The position numbers were made by a program, and so were the translations under genes. A stretch of DNA of 57,436 bases, the filler included, from Bipalium vagum (taxonomy: Eukaryota), in NCBI GenBank assembly GCA_037834085.1. It is 3 parts of 3 records of this genome, joined end to end, with 100 filler letters (N's around TTAATTAATTAA, not from the genome) between each part and the next. Parts side by side here need not be neighbours in the genome. Positions count along the whole stretch, not along the records: positions 39,874 to 57,436 come from JBBMKC010055738.1; 2 more parts are not named here. The stretch is one strand, 5' to 3'. Below, in pieces: positions 52,837 through 57,436 of the stretch. The notes below the pieces were generated by a model. It saw nothing but the letters and a program-made list of their open reading frames with translations, was not told the origin of the DNA and did not search any database. Each line of letters starts with the position of its first letter. Position 1 is the stretch's first letter.

Positions 52837-54243
52837 AATCGATAAAAATGTTTATTGAATATTAAAATGCGTCATGGGTTTCAGTAAAACAAAAAATAAT
52901 AATCGATTATCTAAGATAAACAAAAATAATTATTATAAACAAATTATTGAAAAGAGAAGCGATAAATAAACAAAAAACATATAAAAATAACCGTTCTCAA
53001 AACAGATACAGGAACCCAGGACCAGGTGAAGCGTGACGTTGTACAGTCAATCTGCAAAAGATCCATGTAACGGTTACCGATGGAGTAAAGAAACGTGTCT
53101 AAAAAATCATAGAATAGTTGTAAAATAATAGAAAGCGAGTCTAGAAAGCATTTGAAAAGGCAATCAACTAAAAACACCATCAACAAAACCAAATGATGCA
53201 AATCGACCTCTTGAAAAAAAAATTGATTTGTAAAAAAAAACGGGGGAAAAAAATAATTTTTCTTGTATTTTTTTTTTGCTTTTTTGTCAATAATTTTCAC
53301 AGATCTTCTTTCTTGCTCTTTCTCTCTCTCGTTCTGTAGGCATTCTGAAAAAGAACATAACAATCGAAACCGTTCCCATGGGAACGTAAAATTATCTGTA
53401 ATTATAAAAATGGAAATTCATTTCCCATTTGATCTAATGATAGATAATAATAAATTTTTTATCATCAATCTTTCCTTAACAAATGTATCTCTCCTCCGTC
53501 CCCGTCCCCCTCCTGTCCCCTCGCCTCCCTCCCCCGTCCACACCATCAACGTCGTCCTTTGCAGGGGCAATGGGATCGTTTGTTCCAAAGATGGCGAAAA
53601 AAAATCCCTTTTACGGGGATAAATAATTTAGCAATTTTCAATCAATAATTACCATTAATGTCGTCTTAATGAATAGCCATGGTTTCTTTTCCATAATTAA
53701 TAATTATATCAATAAAAAACTTTCTTCAGCTGTTAAAGTGAACGGGCAAAAAACGTTTTTCCACGCGACTCGTCGGGGAGCAACGGGGAAAAAACCATTT
53801 AAAAAATTCATCTGATTCAAATGGTCGCTCATTATTGAAGTTGGATAATCTAATATTTCGAAAGGAGAACCATTATTCCCGACCCCCCCCCTCTCTCTCT
53901 GCCCGTGCTCACTCGTTTCATGTCTCACAAGGCCAATTAAAATGCTATTAGTTTCCTTTTGCAAAGAAAAGTTCACGAAAAAGAATATTCATTAAAACAA
54001 ATTATTTAATTATTTATTAAAAAAAATTAAGAAACATGACTTAACTTTGTTTTCTGTCATCATTGCTCGATGGGGTTTCGTTTGATTTGAGAGATTAATT
54101 ATTTGATGTCGATTAAAACAAACGAGCAACAAGCTGGAACTTTTCCACAGATGATATCGTTGGGTTTTTCTTTCACGACTGAATGGTGACTGGTTTCATC
54201 ACCTTTCAAGGCTTCGAAGATCATTTTGACAGGTTTGACTGAA

Positions 54244-54326
54244 TTCATTGGTTGCGTTGTGTTGAGTCGAGACCTCTCGGAAGTCCCGTGAGATCTCGAT
54301 CACAGATTGATCAGCCCTTCAATGAA
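54244..54326 (+). ncRNA. Candidate pre-miRNA hairpin with bantam-family seed on the 3' arm
   Basis: Stem TTCATTG/CAATGAA, GTTG/CAGC, TTGTG/CACAG and TCGAGACCTCTCGG/CCGTGAGATCTCGA (2 mismatches) with loop AAGTC. The 3' arm 54289-54310 reads TGAGATCTCGATCACAGATTGA. Confidence 0.35.
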
Positions 54327-55914
54327 ACGAAAGCTGACATATTTTATGGAAAATATGTTCTTAATCTTTATTAACAAAAAAAACTGATACTTTTGTTTTT
54401 ATTTTTACATTTTCTCAGCTCACAAGAGGAACAATGGATTCTGTTGTCTTCATTAACAGAGTCTCGTTCGGATTTGAAAGATATTAATAGCTGTTAATTA
54501 AAACAAAAAATAGTTCTTTGCAAACACTAAGCAATACTCATTAACTTTCAGTATAGTATTGATAGGGGATTAAATTACTGATACGTTTTCCATTGATAAC
54601 GAATGATATGAGGGGGGGGAGGAAACGAAAGAAAACCCCCCGTAGAACTTCATTCATCGGATTGACGGCAGTATGTACAATAGAAGGGATATATGCAGAC
54701 TCGGGATTAATGGCAATTTGTAACGGTTTTTATTGAAAAATAACTGTCCTACAGGCTTTTCCTGTTGCACTGAAGGGAGAGGATAAAGCCTCTCTACTGT
54801 TTCTAAGGTTTCATTGCCGAAACCTCCGTCAAACTGTAATAAAATTATAGGTTTTTGTAATTAAACTTTGGGAGTTGTGACTTGCTTAAGTGTAATTTTA
54901 AGGGGTTTACTCTTACCTGTTGTTTTGTAATTTAGTCTGGTAAAACATGTTAATCTGTTGAGTACTGAGAAAAGAAAGAAGGGTTGCAAAGATAACGATT
55001 TACTTCTCAATGAAATATTCTGTACGTGGTACGGTAAGATTCTGAGAGCTTGAAATCATTTTGGTCAACAATAAAGCTACTTATGGACAACAACGTGTAT
55101 AACGAAAAAAATGTCATTTGATACGCTCTTCGATCGTCCCAGAGTCGACCGCAGGAGCTCGAGAACGTCAACAGAGCGATAGACGAATAATTTAGTACTG
55201 TTATTTCATTTAATTTCATGTTAAAATCCAATGGAAGTTTCTATTTAATTGAGCAAGAAGAGTGTTATCTTATTCTGGTGACGAGACCCTCATGGAAACA
55301 TATCCGTCACCCAAATATGGGTGACACGACGAAGAATGTGTTAAAATTACGTGTTTCAAATCTCTTCTATTTGGATCTATACAAGATCGAAAGAAGATTT
55401 TATTGGTACATTTGTTCACCAAGCCTTCAGAAAATCACATTGTTATGATTTGATAATTTGTAGAGCCCTTATCAAAAATCTTCCTGGTCGGAAAGTAAAC
55501 CACGGTGAAGTCTGGCTAGTATGTGATCATTGTCGGAAAATGCATTTAAATAAACCTCGTGCCTTATGTATCCGATTCGCCTGCCTGAGTCTAGAATGAA
55601 AATTAACTCATTTTCCCCTAAATTTTATTGTTTCAAGAAAATGTAACAGCTTCAAGAATATCGCCTACCAAATTGGTTCCACTTGTTTTGACGTCCTCCG
55701 AGACCAAAAACCTGTATTCGTGCTTGAGAACAATATCGTAGTTTAAATCATGATCCCCCAAGTTTCTGATTGAATAAGATGAGGTGCTCTGAGGAGAGAA
55801 AAATGACTATCTAAATAGAAAAAATGTATAAAGTACCACTGCTTCATGATATGCACGTTCTTAAAGAGATTTCAACAACTCAACATTGCATTTTCCCAAG
55901 GGTGTCTGATTATG

Positions 55915-57000
55915 AGTGTACGGGGTTTAATGGAGCATTTTTTATATAAATCTACTGAAAAGACTATAGAGATAATTCTGCGTTTTCATTAATCAAGAAT
56001 TTTTGTTTGTTAAACAAACAAAAATCTACAGACCTTTATGACCACTATTAAAGTTTGTGAATCAGTGTACCGCATTTTTTCTGCACTTCTCTTGAAATTT
56101 TCAACCAAACCTTCTTAAATTTACGAGTAGTATCACTAATCTTGCTTAATTGCTTATAATCTTTCTTGCATAATAATCTTTCTCCATAATCTTTCAATAG
56201 GTTAATGATTAGGTGCAGCAAGTGAATTTTTATTCCTTTTAGTTGATCAAGGTAATCGCAAACAATTTGTGGATAATGTGATCTCACCATATCAGGCGAG
56301 AAAATAATATCTTGGTCTTAATTCAGTTTGATAATAAAAGGTCCCAGACGCTTTTAATTCATTCTTCAAAATAGATTGTTTTGTTCATAGTACCATTGGT
56401 GACACACGGTCCAGGGACTTGACCATCTTGCGAAATTGCTTGCCATGTCAAATAATTAGGAAGAAACTTTGATTTGCGTTTTGTTCTAGCATGAATATTA
56501 ATTTCATCATCATTAACAACATTGCACTTAGTCTTTATCTGATACTTTCTGATATTTGACTTGAATCAACTGGACAAGTAAGTTACATCATCAATTACAA
56601 AGAATTTCCCACCAACGATCACGAAGAAGCTTCAACTCACTTCATGAACAGCAATTTTTCACGGTAACTTCTGTTTTTTTAACTTATTATTGTTACGTAT
56701 GCTGCTCGGAAAGCTTGTAAAATCTAGTACTTCAAAAAGCAAACCAAAAATAATCTTCTTTTAATTCAACACACTTGCGTGAGACAGAACCTAATTTTAA
56801 ACTATTTCTTCATTTTTAGATTGGTACTTTAGATAACAATACCTCAAAATGTCCCAGTATTTGTTTTAGGCGGCCAAGGAGCTCTCATCACGTATTTTCT
56901 TTCTGAAGGTTGAAAACAAGAAGTCACAAAGTGATAAGTCAGGTGAATAAGGGCTGTGTCATTAATTATAAATTTTTATTGACTTCAAAATCAATGGTTT
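55915..57000 (-). mobile_element. IS630-Tc1-mariner (probably DD37E-like) transposase relic
   Basis: FFVIDDVTYL (DDETY), KSKFLPNYLTWQAISQDG, FSPDMVRSHY and LKKVWLKISREVQKKC; TACGGGGT-type end near 55919. Confidence 0.75.
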
Positions 57001-57436
57001 GAAAAATGTCCTTGTCATGATGAAAAATAATTTGTCTAATTCGATTGTTCTTTCTAATTTGTGAAATATATATGATAAGCAAACTGATAATTGTCTTTTC
57101 AACATTACTGGACCAAACAACTTTTATTGGTTTCGTTTTACCATTAAATACCTTTCAAGATTGCACAAATTAATCGACCTTTCGTCACCAGTGACCATGT
57201 TGTCAGTTAAATTTTAAAAACCTCTGTTAAATTTCTAAACAATTTCATGATATCCATGGTCTCCATTTTTCTGCTCTGTTAAACCTTCCATTCTTAAAAA
57301 TAAAAAATCAACGTTAAAACAATGGAATCAGTCATGTGTGTCCGGTGTAATGAAAAATAGCAGATTATTAAAAAATAAAATTAATTTAATCTTTTCCCTT
57401 TTGTTTTAATGAGAATATTTATTTCCATAATTCTTA

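Noticed and set aside
52828-52850. AACCCTGTA resembling miR-10
   Set aside because: It is the reverse complement of a TACAGGGT Tc1/mariner TIR, and there is no hairpin.
52944-53976. ORFs of 139, 119 and 90 aa
   Set aside because: Low-complexity translations of homopolymer or C-rich tracts, with no domain motifs or consistent splice structure.
1-57436. CRISPR arrays, rRNA, operons or other prokaryotic systems
   Set aside because: No regularly spaced repeats or rRNA motifs; the sequence is intron-containing eukaryotic DNA.

Overview
Very AT-rich eukaryotic genomic DNA, probably from an invertebrate animal (the species cannot be determined from sequence alone). It has GT-AG introns, many only 43-60 nt, and two 100-nt scaffold gaps containing an artificial TTAATTAATTAA linker. 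Three spliced host genes were reconstructed by hand. (1) A minus-strand acidic-tract plus tandem-RRM, nucleolin-like gene (6529-7920). (2) A plus-strand divergent STAT-like gene with coiled-coil and the start of the DNA-binding domain but no visible SH2 (20648-21675). (3) A 9+-exon minus-strand DUF4140/DUF4139 (F37C4.5/MuiA-like) gene (26141->39323; 5' exon missing, probably in the gap). The rest is mostly decayed DNA transposons: more than 12 mariner/Tc1 relics, pogo/Tigger, Merlin/ISXO2, and a hAT with intact TIRs and a perfect 8-bp TSD. There is also a tRNA-derived SINE-like repeat, microsatellites, and several GC/CpG-richer non-coding islands at 40.6-55.2 kb containing G4-capable tracts and a bantam-seed pre-miRNA-like hairpin. 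All family assignments come from remembered motifs, not database searches.
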